Below, in pieces: positions 24,061 to 38,575 of a stretch of 64,000 nucleotides of DNA. A program made the position numbers and the translations under genes. The first letter of the stretch is position 1. The number at the start of each line of letters is the position of its first letter. The notes under the pieces were generated by a model that had not been told where the DNA came from, searched no databases, and was given only the letters and a program-made list of their open reading frames with translations. The stretch comes from Hydrolagus affinis (Eukaryota), in NCBI GenBank assembly GCA_012026655.1, contig JAAILG010000057.1, positions 62,001 through 126,000 of the forward strand, read 5' to 3'.

Positions 24061-25926
24061 AGCTGGATGGTCCACCATCTACAATGGCTTGCAGTGCTGT
24101 AAACCCAGCTGTTAATGTAGATATGCCTAGGCCCTCTCAGGAACATTCCCTAGAATATAATTTATTCATATAACAGGAACTAACATGCTTTGGTGTGATG
24201 TCATCCCATTCACCACCTTCCCAATTCATAGCAACTCAAAGAAAAATTGTTTCATAGAAAATAATCGTCTGCATCAAGTGATTTTTAATTTGTTTGATAC
24301 ATAAAGTAACAAAATATATCTTTTTGTTTGATAGATGTTATGAATAAAATTGGTCATCAGCTCTGAATTTTTTATTGGATAGTCTGTTATACTGATCTTA
24401 CTTTGTTTTTCTGATGGCATTGAAAAAATATTACTTATCATTAATATGGAATTTATATCATGCCATATATTGCCACACTGACAACGCAATTGATACTGAC
24501 ACAAAACCAGCCTTCTCCACAGTCCATTTCCTATCTGAACTGTTTGCATTTGAATATGTTCCACTGAGCTTATTACACTAGTGCATGCATGGTTGGCTTT
24601 GGTTATTACTGATGTGCAGAAATCATCACAATAACCTGAATTGCTCATGACCCCTGTCTCATTAAAGAACAGATTAATGATAACTTTTCTCAAGGCAAAA
24701 CATGTTTTTATTTCTAAGAAGGCCTACACATAGACACAGGCCAATATGCAATTTCCTCACTGCAATGAATCTAATTTCAGTCACGAAATTTAGGTGGCAA
24801 TTTTTCATGAATTCTTCAGTGAGATGATATCAGAATCACCAGTAAGCATTCCAACCAGATTTCTTTGCTTAATTTTAACTTCGCTGTATATATTTTTTTT
24901 GATTTACTGTTAAATAGTTGAAAGAACAATATCTGGTTCCTGAATTTTATTGCAGTCTTATTTCTTTCCTGTGGCACAACAGTTAGGCAGGTTGAAGGGA
25001 CAAGAGCACATTCATTTCAGATACCTTTTAAAACCTATGCATTATTTACTAAAAATCCATTTCAAACTGAAATGATGTCATCTGTGGGGCAAAAAAGCCA
25101 CAGCTGTGAATAAAAATATGAATTAATAAATAACATACCCTTTGATGTGTAAATGCAGACTGTAGCACTTTAACTAAGTATTATTATCTAACCAAAACCT
25201 ACGTGAAAAATCCCTTTGAAGTAAAATATTGCTGCTGAACAAGTAGCCTCTTGATGTTGTGTGCATCCGCTACACAGTTATTCCACTCACAAAGAGAGGC
25301 CTTTTGTGATTTATATAGAGTGATATGTAACAAATCTGCAGCAGCAACAGGTTGTCAAAGTCAACATGGTCATTAGAAGCCTGAGATTGCTAAATGGTAA
25401 AAACTCAAGGGTACTTTTCTATGTATCTTTCTTCATCTTTGTTTTTGAACAATTTATTCTCTCACTGATAGAAATCTATAGATAAGGTTTGAGGGGGGAA
25501 AAAGTGCCCCAGGACAACATAAGTTTAGATTTTAATTTGTGCGATTGCTTTTCTTTTTAAACAATCATTAAAAATTCAATTATTTGTTTCAGTTGATGAA
25601 TGAGGTCTATGGGGAACAAATACAACTATTGAGTTGTAGGTTCGCTAAAATATTGTTACAAACAAAAACAAATTTCAGGCATAAGCTGACAACAGACTGC
25701 ATTCAATGTATTCTCATACATAGCAAGGTTTGATAAATGCAGTGACCCTTGGACAATATTACAGCACAAGCTTCTAATTTTTTCACGTAAACCAGAATAA
25801 TTTCAAATCAACTATAGATGTATAAGAACTAAGTATTTTTGTTGGTTTTACTTTTCTTCAGTCTGGTAAATGATTAAAAAAAAACATTATCTGCATGGTA
25901 ATTGTTTGAATCCTGTGAACAGAAGA

Positions 25927-26080
25927 TTGCGCAATTGGCTGCTGCATTTCATCCACAAAATATACATGACTACATTTTACAATATATCCTGTGAAGCACC
26001 TTGAGACGTTTCAACAACATGACAAGTCACTAAATCAAATGCAAGGATTATTATTATTATTGTTTATTTATTATTATTGT
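25927..26080 (+). mobile_element. SINE 3' fragment
   Basis: tgcgcaattggctgctgcatttc..gtgaagcaccttgagacg..aaatgcaaggattattattatt. Confidence 0.88.
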
Positions 26081-28001
26081 TGAATAAGCTATATTCTGCT
26101 TGTGTGATTCATACTGTGTCAAAGTCAATATCCACTAGAAGTCATTAAGCACAGTGGAGATGGGCTCACAAATTAGGAAAGTTTAGTGTGAGTCTTCACA
26201 TGGTCCCAACAATTTGTTTTAAAATAAATTTTGTGCCCAGTTTGGCGAGGAATGAATCCCAGATACTCAGACTCCAATAAACTATTTTTAAAAATATATA
26301 TTGTTATTTAATGTCCAGTATCTGATTAGTGTAAATACTGTAATATACAAATACAAAATGCTGCCTGGCAGTGTTCCATCTTAGTGTGATTTTCCCCCTC
26401 CCCCGGTTAAACCTTCTCTTTCTTACCTCAATAGAAGCAAAGATTTGTTTTCTGGTCCCATTGCTCTGTCATAATCTTGGATTTAACCCCCTTTTCCTGT
26501 CACACAAAAAGCAGCACGGAAAATATTCAGTTGCCATAATGGTGTCAGCAGCCGAAGATCTGAATCTGATTGATAAAGGCTTTGAAACTGACTCAGGTGG
26601 GATAGTGAATACATTATAAAAGGAATAGCTATGGATACAAACATGTCACACATGTTCAATTGTCTGGATAGCTGTATAAATAGCTTGCTGGCTCTCCTGG
26701 GTTGTGGTTGTCATTTAGCCTCCTTTTGCTTTGTATAGCACCCTCCCAACCATCTGCTTCTGTCCTATTATTCTGTGAACCACATCAACTAGTGGTTTTG
26801 GTATTTTCACATCTAACGGATGCACAAAATGTATCTTGAACCCATTCGCAATGAAATCTCCTTGTGTGCATCTCTAAAAAGCAGAATATCTCTTCATCCA
26901 ACTATCCCCGCTGTTATATTTGAAGATTATAGATGACTACTTCCTGGGAAAATAGAACAAGGACCAATTTCATTAATGTTCATGTAGGTGCATTTTTAAA
27001 GAACTTTAGACATCAGCATTAGACTTGGGATTTAAAAAGCTTTTGTTATTAATTTTCCTGATATGGGAAGCTCCTGACAGGATAATCTTATACTGTCCCA
27101 TATGTACATGGCACAATACCAAGTTTATAAATCCTCTGACCACTTACTTTGAATAGGGAAAATACTGAGCTAAAATAACGTGGAAACAATCGCATGTAGA
27201 GATTTAAAAAATCAAAGTGACACTGATGAAAATGGTTTCATGATAAGAAAGTGCCCGGTGAACTCCATTGCCTTAGGTTAATCAAGCAGATTGATGTAGA
27301 ATTTAGGTAATCCCAAAAGAGGGGATGTGTACTCTGCCTTAAAATGTCTCTATTGGAGAATTCTTTGATAAGAAATCTGCTTTTTGTCTGATCGTGACCC
27401 CCCTGTATGCAGCAGGCTTAAGCTTATGATGAAAGAGCAGAAAGGCACATGTATACTAGAGTTAATATTGGAACAAGTCAGACGGTGAAGATGGTGTTTG
27501 ACACTGTTCTTATTTGTTTTCTGGAAGTTTTCACAACTTCCCCTGCATGGAAGAATAACAATTATTCATTTTATTGAACACAATCTATAACCAAACTTAT
27601 AAGGGCACTTTTTTCTTCCCCCACCTTCCTAGTTAAAATAAATTTGGCCTCTGCCCCATATGCACAAGTTCCCAGGATTACGATTGTTCAATTCAATCCA
27701 GTTTGTCTGTTATGTGATCCAATCAAGGTTAAACCAAGATAGCTCAATATTCTTAAATTGAGAAGGCAACAGCCAGAGGCTACTTGGCAGTTCATTGAAG
27801 TGTGTTTATTATTATCTCTAGTGCATTTTGGTCTCATTTAACCACAGGAAATATCTATCTTCTCTCAGAAAAGAGCTGAAGTACTGCTGTGACTCTACAA
27901 TTTATCATATTTCTGGTCAAGAGTGCATCAGTTCATTTTTTTCGGTTCTGTAAAGTCATCCAATCATTAGACAAAGTGATCCATAATTTACTTCCCAAGG
28001 A

Positions 28002-28360
28002 TGGAGTCCTGTAGCTTAGTGGTTAGAGCACTCGCCTCGAAAGTGAGAGGTCTTGGGTTTGATTCCTGTCAGGATGAAACGTTGGACAAATTTCCTTACT
28101 TTGCATGCCTCTGTTTATCTAGTATTAAGTAGGAGTTTGGTTGTTAGTTGATTAGCGGATCACTTTTCCAGGGGTAATAATCCCTTCAAAATAATAATAA
28201 TAATTTGGTTACTCAATCCATCGCTGTTTGTAGCACACTGCCATGTGCAATTGGCTGCCATGCTTCATCCATAAAATATACAGTATATTCTGTGAAGCAC
28301 TTTGAGACATCTCAAAGATGTGATAAGCTGCTATATCAAATGCAAGGCTCATTATTATTT
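28002..28360 (+). mobile_element. tRNA-derived SINE, full-length long variant
   Basis: Head tggagtcctgtagcttagtggttagagcactcgcc..gggtttgattcc, an extra block of about 65 bp after catgcct, and the standard 3' end and tail. Confidence 0.93.
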
Positions 28361-29984
28361 ATATCATGATCAATTATCAACATATTCCACTGTCAGTTTA
28401 TTTGTGAGAACAAAATGTTAATAGACTGGAAAATGTTGACTATGAATGCATGGTGTAATGTGGTTTGGGATTTTTTTAAATGTTTTATTGTTAGCATAAA
28501 GTTAAAATAAATGATCATTTTATTAGTCAGAAGCAAATGGCTAAAAATTATGCAGTCTCCTGGATTAAGAAAAGGATTTACTATAGCATTCTGAAAAGAT
28601 TAAATTGTGCACAGATTGTCTGTCCTGAACTCGAGACAGCTTAACTTATGGTTGTCAAAGCTACCACTACTGCATTGCAATAATGACATTAGAATTATAG
28701 TCCTTTGCCAAGGTCAGGGCAAACTGTCATATCTTGCAGAAACTACAGTAAAAATTTATTAGTTACTAACACTCTTGGATACAATTGTAGAAAATAGTAT
28801 ACAGTGGCCATAATGTATTATTTAGCAACTGATATCACAATAGTCCAGAAAATTTATCCAATATAATTTTCAAAGATGATACAAAAAAAGATTTAATATT
28901 ATAGGCTGTTTTCCCAGATTTTCACCACAGAAATGCACGGCATAGGCATTCAACGGTTCAGATGGTAAATTTGGTTAATTGTTTAGAGAAACATTTAATA
29001 TATATAATAACCCTTAATGTGTATAATGATCCGTATCTGACTGCAAGTTGAACTGAATATCTAAGAATATACAATTAGAAAAGTCTAAATCAAGGAGGCT
29101 GTAACATCTCAAGCAATGACAGTATCAGAGAATTGCACATGAAAAATATCTATCATTTAAACACAATGACAATGAGATTGTTAGAGGCATTTGTAATACA
29201 GTGGCCAACTTGTTAGTTAAATGTGTCACACCAACACTATTTTGACTTAGTTATTGCTTACAGTCTGCAAAGCTAAGTACTCAATACAGTACAGTATATT
29301 CAAATGTTATAAACTAAGCTAATATATCTAAATCCACTAAACAAGAGCAATGGAACAATGAAGCAGATTGTTTCATTTCCTGTATCTTTAAAATTTGCAC
29401 AAAGAGAACCTTTAATGTACGGCACTGTTAAATTGTGTCCAATAGTATAACAGTATTTCACCAGGGTAGGTAGTGCTGATACTCAATGTTGAGAAATATG
29501 ACCCAAGATAGGTGGACTAAAGCCAATCAGAATAGGTTACAAATTGGACATGGGTGATCAGAGATGGGCCATATTGACTATGCATAGAGAGACTTTGGAA
29601 CTTTAGTATAGATTTGATTTTATTGCAAACCACAGTCACTCGATATTTAGTTTTATTAAAAGTACAACTTTGAAGTGGCTGTCACATTTCTTTTAGCTGG
29701 TGAATTTCAAAGTCTGAAATGGTATGCAGAATCTATACTTGGAGACATGCCCCTTTTTATTTAATTCTGGAGAGGCTCAGGCTTAGGATCAGTAAGAGTC
29801 AAAGCTTCATAACCACAGAGTGTGTATTGTAGTTCTGTTGGTGTTTGACCAGTTAAAACCCCATAGCTTGCCATTGAAAGTAATGTTTGGCAAGTTGCTT
29901 ATCCAGCTAGGACCACTCTACCCTGAGAATCGAGCTTGGGCTTTGAATTGTAGGGTTAATAGGGGTTAATTGACACTTGATACA

Positions 29985-30385
29985 AATGACATTTTGTCCA
30001 TCTGTGATTAGGGCTCCCTCTGCCTCCTTGTTCTCCTTGACTGTTCTGCTGCCTTTCACACTGTTGATTACTCTATTGTCCTTCACTGGCTCTACTGTCA
30101 CGTCAACCTTTATGATCCTGTTCTGGACTGGTTCAGATCCTAACTTCCATACCATCTTATCAAAGGCCTTTCCTTCCTACCTCCATGACCTGCTAACCCC
30201 ATATAAGCCTGTCCACATCCTCTGCCCTGGCCTACTCCATGTCCCTTGCCCAGCCTACCCTCACCTTTGGTGGCAGGGCCTTCAGCCTCTCTCCCCTACA
30301 CTCTTTGGAACTCCATCCCACAATCCCTTCACCTTGCTTCCTTCCTGCCACCCTCATACGCCTACCCACCCAGTACTCCACCCCT
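29985..30385 (+). mobile_element. Decayed L2 LINE: RT segment fused to 3' coding end by a large internal deletion
   Basis: DILSICD*GSLCLLVLLDCSAAFHTVDYSIVLHWL..VLDWFRS* (cf. LLDLSAAFDTVDH), then PSYLHDLLTPY..FGGRAFS..LWNSIP. Confidence 0.85.
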
Positions 30386-32039
30386 TCTGATCCCAATTGA
30401 GAGGGCATATGCCATCTGCAGAAATCTAGCAGAAGATATTGTGTATGACTACTTGTCTAATATTCTGATGCATGTTTGATAATAGGCCAAGAATCCAACA
30501 ACAACAAAATTACATTTGTATAGCTCCTTTCACATCGGGAGGACGTCTCATAATAGGAGTGTCTGGAAGGATGGTTTCAATGATAACTTGCAGAATTATT
30601 GCTTTTCACAGGTACTTCAGTCACACTCCACCACTCACATCTACTGCAATTAGTAAAAGCATACTGTTAGTCACTAATGAAGAATGTTTAGTATTTTAGT
30701 GCCTGTGTTGAATTTTTGTTAATAGAAAAGGTCAGTTTCCATTGATAAAGGATGTACCCTATTACATGTTGTATTGCTTACGAATGGGTCAATGTGCAGA
30801 TTAAAGTGTACTGCCCTGTAACTGCTGAACACATAAAGGAGCTGCACTGATGGGGAAAATCATCTTATGGGCTGTGGCTAAGCATTGGTGACATGTGATG
30901 CCTGTTAGCTACTGGCAAGGTCATTACACAGCGCTGGCACTAGTTGAAACTGGGCTTTTTCTTTCAAATTGTCATGGTTGATGAAGGGGAATTCTGTCAG
31001 AATCGACAAGGTGCTGAAGTACAAGAAAAGTGTAACACTGTAGGGAGGAAGATGATTAAATATTAATTTGCCTGCTGCATTGAAAAAAATGACAAGGAAA
31101 AATACAATGAAAATGTAAGACATAAAGGTGGAACCCTGTGCTAAAGAAATGTGAATTCATGTTGCAGGATGGAGTGGAATAAGTTAACTGAATTAATCTT
31201 TAGTTTACACCATTATCCCCTCCAAGGTATATACAAAGCAAATGGTTTATTTTCATCAATAACCGCCAGGTATGGGGCAGGTCAGGTTCCAGTAGATTTC
31301 CACAGGTTACTGAGCTACAAGTCCAACATTATTACAAGAGAACAGTATGTATAAGAGACTCCAATTGCACAGTGTGCAAATCGTACAAAATTGTTGTATT
31401 TTACTTCAGTTATGCTGGAATTGCAGAGGGCTGTTTTACTGACTATTGTTACTGGTATTCTATGTTATGTTATACTAATATTGGCTTGGGTCATTAGTAG
31501 ATCATCTGGGTCAGAAGGTTGTGGGTTTGCAACCCATATTGGAGAATTTATTATTAATAATAATACTTTTAGTATTAGAGAGAAATTTATTAAAAATTAT
31601 ACTTTAAAATAATCTGCGTTTGAGTTCATACCATAAAAATGTCCTTACATCATAAATAATGGTAATCCATGCATATGAGTTAATTCACAGGCTGGGCTAC
31701 AAATATTGAACAACATAGATCTGTCTACAAAGATAATGTGTGAATGTGGGAAATCAGATTATATCATTATAATAAAATTATTTATGTAGTATACAAATAT
31801 ATAAACAAAGGGAGATTTAGAAAATCATTCACTGATGAGAAATGAGTTCGCTCATTTAGAAGGAAAAATAACATTTTGAAGAGAGATTTTAGATATGGAA
31901 AAACATTCAATCCCAATGAAATCTGACCTGCATGAAGACAAGATTGAAGTGGTATTTCAGAGGTAAAAAGGCCCTAAGAGCCCTAGTAAAATAATGTGTG
32001 CATTTGACAATCGGTCAAGGAGAAATTCAACAATTTCAA

Positions 32040-32300
32040 ACACTTCCTTCACACCACGAGAGATAATAATTGATTCTCAGTCCAACCCTTTACAGCCAAG
32101 TTTCTGAGTGTGCGAGCTGTTTTCAAAACACCTGCTGAGTACAAGGGATCAGCTAACAATACCTTTCAATTTTCCCCTCAGGCAAGTTCTGCTGCATCCA
32201 TTGAGTACGTGTCTTATTTTCCTTCCTACATGCAGCACCTTATAGTTCTTCTTATTGAACTTCATTTCAATAAGAAATGAAGTGATTTGCAAGTGATCAA
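32040..32300 (-). mobile_element. Decayed CR1 LINE RT C-terminal fragment
   Basis: Reverse frame EMKFNKKNYKVLHVGRK (cf. MKFN..KCKVLHLGRKN) followed by a LKGIV (LGV.V-like) segment. Confidence 0.7.
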
Positions 32301-33418
32301 CTCTGGTAAACTCTTTTTGAAAGAATCTCCGCTTCATTCTCAGACTTCATGGTTTCTCTCCCTCCTTTTTGGTATCACCTGAATATACACCCCTCCCCCA
32401 TTTCCATGTTGTTTCTCTTGTTTCTGCTCTACTACCTTTCTTGAGTCTGTTACTAATTCATGTGTGATGAAAATATTGTGAAACATCATTTGAGCTGTTG
32501 TGAAAATAGAACAATTATTATCTTGAGAATGCTGGTGTATTCCAGAATGCATTTCTGATATGCTGGGTTTCTCTGTCTTTTTGTATGATTATGTACATCC
32601 AGAATCACCCACTCTTGTTTTAATCCATATCACTTTGGATAGCATTGCATTTATGTTATACTGTATTTGGATACATTGATTCATATAAAACTATTGCCAT
32701 TCTCCAACAGCCAACTCTTGCAATCTGTCACCCATCAAAGTATCCGATTATAATGCACTGTGAAATGTTTGGAATATTGGCAGAATCCAAATCCACAAGC
32801 AAATTGTTGGTACACAGTGTAATTTGTATTAACATGAAACTCTGAATTTTATCAAAATCCAAGAACAGCACTTTAATATGGTTGGAGTATATTATTCCCA
32901 GGGCTGAAAAGGCTGTGGTATTTTTGGCCTCCACATTTATTAATCATTCCTTTGGCAAAACAGATGTGATGATCTCCAAGTGATTGTCAACATGGCTTCC
33001 ACAATTACCTGTTAGATATTGTGGACTGGATGGGACATGAAATATCATCTACAGGAACGTGAACGATCTCAAAGCATAAAAGTGAGAGCTATTGTCACCT
33101 TTGTTAATAGAAAAGCTATATATTCGCGATGGAATCAGTTTCCAAATTAGCCTTCAAATCCTAATGGAGGTCAATAACTGCTTGCTATGACAACCAAGAT
33201 CTCTGATGCCACAGCCTGTCAGAGCAGTACATATAATTAGGACTGTATGGCACAGAATATGCATTGAAAGATATTCCTACCTCCACCTCCCACTTTTTGC
33301 CTTGTCCTGTGAATTCTTGGATTGGATTTTTGTCCTTCCTTTCTGTCACATTAAAGAAAAAAAAGTTTTCCCCTCTTTGTTACTCAGTATCAGTGCTGCA
33401 GTATAGTTGTTTATGTAT

Positions 33419-33727
33419 TAATAATAATCCTTGCATTTGATATGGCGCATTTTCCGTCTTCTAGACGTCTCAAAGCACTTTGCAGAATATACTGTAAAGT
33501 GAATTGACTGTATATTTGTGGGCGAAATGCGGCTGCCAATTGCGCACAGCAGTGTCACACAAACAGTCATGGGTTGAAGTGGTCAATTTATTATTGTTTT
33601 TGTTTTTGGTGAAGGATTAGTATCAGGAGTAAAGGAAACTTGCTGAAGGTTTTGCCATGCTGGGAAACAAACCTCGATATCTCATATGCAAGGTAAGTGC
33701 TCTAACCACTGAGTTATAGGACTCCAC
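33419..33727 (-). mobile_element. tRNA-derived SINE (main family), full length
   Basis: Tail to head gtgctctaaccactgagttataggactccac. Confidence 0.95.
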
Positions 33728-34698
33728 ATTGCTAATGTTTAAAACCTGGTTATATCAATATGCAGTTACAACCGGCATATGACATGGTGCAATGTTATTG
33801 GTTATGCACCTAATTGATGTATTATTTATGCCTGACGATAGTTGAATGCGATGTTTTTTCTCCTGCATAAATTTAGTACAGCAAAAGTAGGCATGACAAA
33901 TATGAGCCCAAAATTCCATGCTTGGTTGCACATTGGTCACCAAAGACAATAAAAACACAAAATCACATACTGAGGTAATAATAAAAACCTTTGCACTTAA
34001 TTTGATTGTCAATTGCAGTTTGTGCAAAAGTCTCAGCATTTTCTAGATTAATGAGTAGAAATGTCAGCCAGAGCTTTTTCTCTGTTGTTATCAAGGCATG
34101 CTGTGCTGGAAACTAGGTCTATGAATATTGTGTAAAAGAGGATTGGATTCTGTTGTGGTTGCCTCATTTTTCTGGGGAGGGTGAATATCCGACTGACATC
34201 TACTGCATACACTCAGGTGTGAAGATTGGACAAGGTACAGTTTGTGACTGTGGAAGCACATTTTCCCAAATGTTAGCAGCTTCGGGGACGACAATATTAA
34301 ACAGAACATGTTTCTCAATGATTATGTGATGATTCTATAATGCTTGGTACTGAAAACCCACAAAACTATAATCCTTTTAGATGTTCAAATGAGCATATTA
34401 CAGACGTGAGATGAAAATGAAAAACGAAGATCAGGTCACCTTAAAAGATGAAGGGTAACGTGGCCTTCTTGGAAAGAAATATACATGGAATAGTCTAAGC
34501 TAACTGCAGAACCCAAGTGTTTGTGGACTGTTCAGACCTGCAGTCTTGTGTAGTTTAAAGGAGTAATTATAGATTTTACAATTATTACTGCATGGCACTG
34601 AAACACATACAAAGCCTGATTTATAAGGGTAGCAATTCTGTGCTGACCTGTCAAAACAGCCTGATCCTGTTTGTTTCAATTTGTTTTAATGATTTGAT

Positions 34699-34760
34699 AC
34701 AACAACAACAACAACTTTGATTTATATAGCGCCCTCCACACCGGGCGGCGTCTCAGAGCT
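34699..34760 (-). mobile_element. L2 extreme 3' end only
   Basis: (CAA)n tail + ctttgatttatatagcgccctccacaccgggcggcgtctcagagc, near-identical to the 14095-14151 3' end. Similar stubs at about 30497, 37537, 43660(+), 47430, 51283, 61820 and 63410. Confidence 0.88.
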
Positions 34761-35252
34761 CATCTACTTGATGATGCTGCAATGGTGAATAATTAGAATT
34801 TCCTCCACTTTGAACAGCCCAGGAAGATTTTAAAGTCAAAACCCTTAATGAAACCACCTAAGACTGGCAACTGACTGGTTTTCTATCAGAGCAGGACTGC
34901 ATTTAACTCAAGCTTATGGCAATCATATTGCTGAGTCTGATCTGTACCATAGTACAATACTGTACATCCTCAAGCATCCTTCAAGTGGGCCATTGACCTC
35001 CAATTGAGTGAAACCAGAGCTGATGAAATTCACAGAATGCAAACTATTTCCATGATTGCTATTCATTTTTCATTCAGTGACTGGTGTGTTATCTTTTGGG
35101 GATTCCCTGGCAGTAGATGACATTCACTTTAGAACTTTGCTGTTTCAGCAAGCTTTCTGTTTCAAGTGTACACTTGAGTATCTGACTAATTGCAAGCCAT
35201 GCAAATTCACACTCAATGGTAAAAGGAAAAGACTTGTTCATTCTGCCTGACT

Positions 35253-35276
35253 GTCTCTCTCTCTCTCTCTCTCTCC
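35253..35276. repeat. (CT)n microsatellite
   Basis: gtctctctctctctctctctctc. Confidence 0.9.
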
Positions 35277-37154
35277 TGCATATTGATTTAGAAAAAATAT
35301 TTCATCATTATCTGATTCACTTTGATATAGAACTGGTATTTCTCTACCGGACTACAGGTTTTCTTATACAAAATGGTGATAATATTTACATTGTGTTACA
35401 CCTCCAAAACAAGAGATGCCATTTCTGATGCTCACAAAGAGGTTTTGCTGCTTTCACCCTTTGATGCAATGTAAATAAACACAATAGTGCATTTAATGTG
35501 TAGACCCCTTTAATTCAGACATAGCATACATTGTTAAAGATAAATGATGAAAAAGCAAGGCATCCCATCATGACGCATCTACACCATAGTTTAACTATCT
35601 GCCAGAGGCCGCTTCCTCTGTGTTGGCATTCTGAATCCAGCTTAAGTCCAGCTGAGGTAAAGCATTGGGAATGGGAAATTCAAGAAAAGTTAAAATGTTG
35701 CTTTATTGGAAAAATGCCTTTGTATACTCTATTGGGCCTTACATGTATTTTATTTCATATTCCTAAAGTAACAAATGGCTTTTACATTTGACAATATATT
35801 TTACAACATGTGGTGGCACCATTTCAATGTACAATATTTTATATTTGCTTTCAACTAATCATGGTGGACACAAGCTCTATATTTTACACTGTGGATCTTG
35901 TATTCAATATTCATTCCTGTACTGGCACTGTGGAGTTTTGCAATCATCCACACTAAGGATAATTTCAACAAGCATCTCTCTCCCAAGAGAGAGAGTTCCT
36001 GATTTCATAAGGGGATTAATACATGTTCATTTTCTTCATATTACTCCCAACTAGAATGAAGAATAATTAAAATGATTTTTTTTTAACCAGCTGTGAATTT
36101 TACCCTATTCATAAAGTTGAATGTAGCTTGTTCTTGATTGTTATTATCAACTGGAAATGTTGATAATAACATGTCATATTCAGGCATCATATATGAATTT
36201 TTAGATTTTCATAGCTTGTTTTTTCGAGCTACAAAAGCACAAAAATCCTTATATTTCATAGAGCACTTTCCGCATCATCAGGCTGTCTTGAAGCGCTTCA
36301 CAGTATATTTTGAAAGGTGGTGTAACTATGTATTTTGTGTGCGAGAATCCTTAAAGTCCTTTTTCAAGAGATTTGAAACCCGAGTTTATTTTCCTCTTCT
36401 TATTTAGTGACAATAAGGACAGGAAATGACCAATGAAACATAATGCTACTTAATGCTGAAAAATACCTTGGAACAATAAGCTGTTTGATGTAGTATGGGA
36501 TTTAGCACTTAGACTTTCCTTAGCCTTACAATCAAAAAATCCCATCATGTTAAATCTGAACTACATAAAAACTATTCATTTCAGTTAGCAATAAAATGCA
36601 TGAACTGAATCTGGCCTAGCAGAATCCAGAGTATACATTTTCCAGGGTAAGAAGGTGGCAGCAAAGCATCACAAGATGAACACATTTAATATTCTGTCAA
36701 TGGGGTCTTAAATCTTACATTCAGAATTAGACTGCAGCAACTACAGCAGAGTTTCCAAAGAATTAGAAAAAAAAATCCTTCTGTGAATGATTAACTGTCA
36801 GAACATCAGAGATTTATTTAACATTAACAAAAGGCATTGGTGCAACTTAAATCAACTTAGCTCCTGCATATCAACCTTATTGAAACATGAGAATATCGAA
36901 TGAATACAGAATGTTCTTTCAGGTGGCTGGAGTTTTATGACATATGTACACATTTGATAATATTATATTATTTTATCAAAAACATGCCTTTAAAAAGAAA
37001 AAAACTATTATATTGATAAATAAAGATGATGACAAAAATACTGAATGTTGAAGGGTAATTTAACAGTTCAGCTCACCCTTCATGAAACACTGCATAAATT
37101 TTAATTTTCTGTTCAACAAAAGCCCGATAAATAAATAGGGGAGCTGGGATGTAT

Positions 37155-37254
37155 NNNNNNNNNNNNNNNNNNNNNNNNNNNNNNNNNNNNNNNNNNNNNN
37201 NNNNNNNNNNNNNNNNNNNNNNNNNNNNNNNNNNNNNNNNNNNNNNNNNNNNNN
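37155..37254. other. Assembly gap (100 N)
   Basis: Run of exactly 100 N abutting a SINE copy. Confidence 1.
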
Positions 37255-37424
37255 CAATTTTATTATTGTGGGTTTTTTGGAGGGATTATTATTAGGCATG
37301 TGGAGTAAGGAAACTTGCCCAAGGTTTCGCCCTGACCTGCCTGGATTCGAACACAGGTCTCCCCAGCTTGGTCTCCCCAGCTTGCAAGACAAGTGCTCTA
37401 ACCACTGAGCCACAGGAGCTCCAC
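37255..37424 (-). mobile_element. tRNA-derived SINE, duplicated-spacer variant, 5' half (3' half lost in gap)
   Basis: Head with tandem ggtctccccagctt x2 between A and B boxes. Confidence 0.92.
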
Positions 37425-37644
37425 TCCTGTATGAATCAGTCTGATTGAAATTTTTAAGAATGTGGTAAGATACATCTTATTCTTGACAGATTAGACATAT
37501 TTTAATTAGTCTTACAATTTTGTCATTTTACAGAAGTACAACAACTTGCATTTATACAGTACCCCTCATGCAGTGTAGCTTCCCAGAGGATGTAAGACCG
37601 TTTCTCTCAGGAGTCTATGTTAATTACTCAAATTCTTCTGTAAA

Positions 37645-37900
37645 GATCACTGCATATTCTTGTTCGGAAGGTTGTGGTCTCAAACCGCACATAAAGATTT
37701 GAACTCATAATAGCCTTGCACATTGACAAATGCCACATTATTGTGGCACATTTTGCCATACTTTGGATGTGACAGCCTGCCTGTTTGGGTGAATGTTATA
37801 GATACCTTGACACTATTTGAAAAGAGAAGGGACACTTTCTTGTGACCCTGACAATAATTTGCAGATTAAATTGATCTTTCACCTTGTGGCAGCATGTGGT
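37645..37900 (+). mobile_element. Old Deu-domain-type SINE (decayed)
   Basis: ggaaggttgtggtctcaaacc head; gggtgaatgttatagatacc..cactatttgaaaagagaaggg..gtgaccctgacaa body. Confidence 0.6.
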
Positions 37901-38399
37901 AACTCACTGGTGTATCAGCCAGTCAAAATAGTCTCTGTATTTGATAGTAATTATATGTGAGGTTTGTAATAATCTCATGCTTGTTACGGTGATTTCTAAA
38001 CAAAAGTTATTTCTAAACAAAAGTTCTTTCTTTATCAAAGTTTGAATCCTCTTGGAGTAGAAGTAAACTCTAAAGGACATAGCAATTTTTTTTTCCAAAA
38101 AAACACACAGTGATGTTCACTTTGTCCTGGAATGAATTATTAAGGTTCATTCTACACGATTTTTGAATTTTTTCTATCCAGGTTGGAAACAGAGTATCTG
38201 ATAAGCTCCTTTGGCTCTGCTTAGTGAGTTGGCTCTAGGCATGTTTAACATCCAAAACTTTGAACAAAATGAGTTGCACAAAACAACAATGGACCATACT
38301 CCAACACAGCAACAAGCTGCTGTTTATCTTAACATACTATTAACATTGAAGGAACAGTTAAGAAATCTCGATATACGAATGACTGGGAAAAAAGAGATC

Positions 38400-38575
38400 A
38401 CGCTTAATCTATTCCCAGCAGCCACCCGTCTCTCAGATTACCTCTGTCACATTACAAAAATCTGTCAACCATTCAAAAGCAATTACACAGAGGATGTCAA
38501 GTACTGTCTTGCCAGCTGTCCCTTTCCTCCACAGAGGTTTCTGTTGCCCAGTTCCTGATGGGAATGTCATCGCCT
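38400..38575 (-). pseudogene. PIF/Harbinger transposase fossil (catalytic core, deleted and frameshifted)
   Basis: Collinear minus-strand motifs DDIPIR (cf. THIPIR), RKG, SWQDST (cf. WPGST, 38500-38514), DGWLLG (38413-38430; cf. GWLLGD). Confidence 0.6.

Noticed and set aside
24274-24693. 139-aa minus-strand ORF
   Set aside because: AT-rich composition, no recognisable domain or splice structure; consistent with chance.
28002-28080. tRNA-like sequence with A and B boxes (also other SINE heads)
   Set aside because: No proper acceptor stem or terminator, and each continues into SINE body; not tRNA genes.
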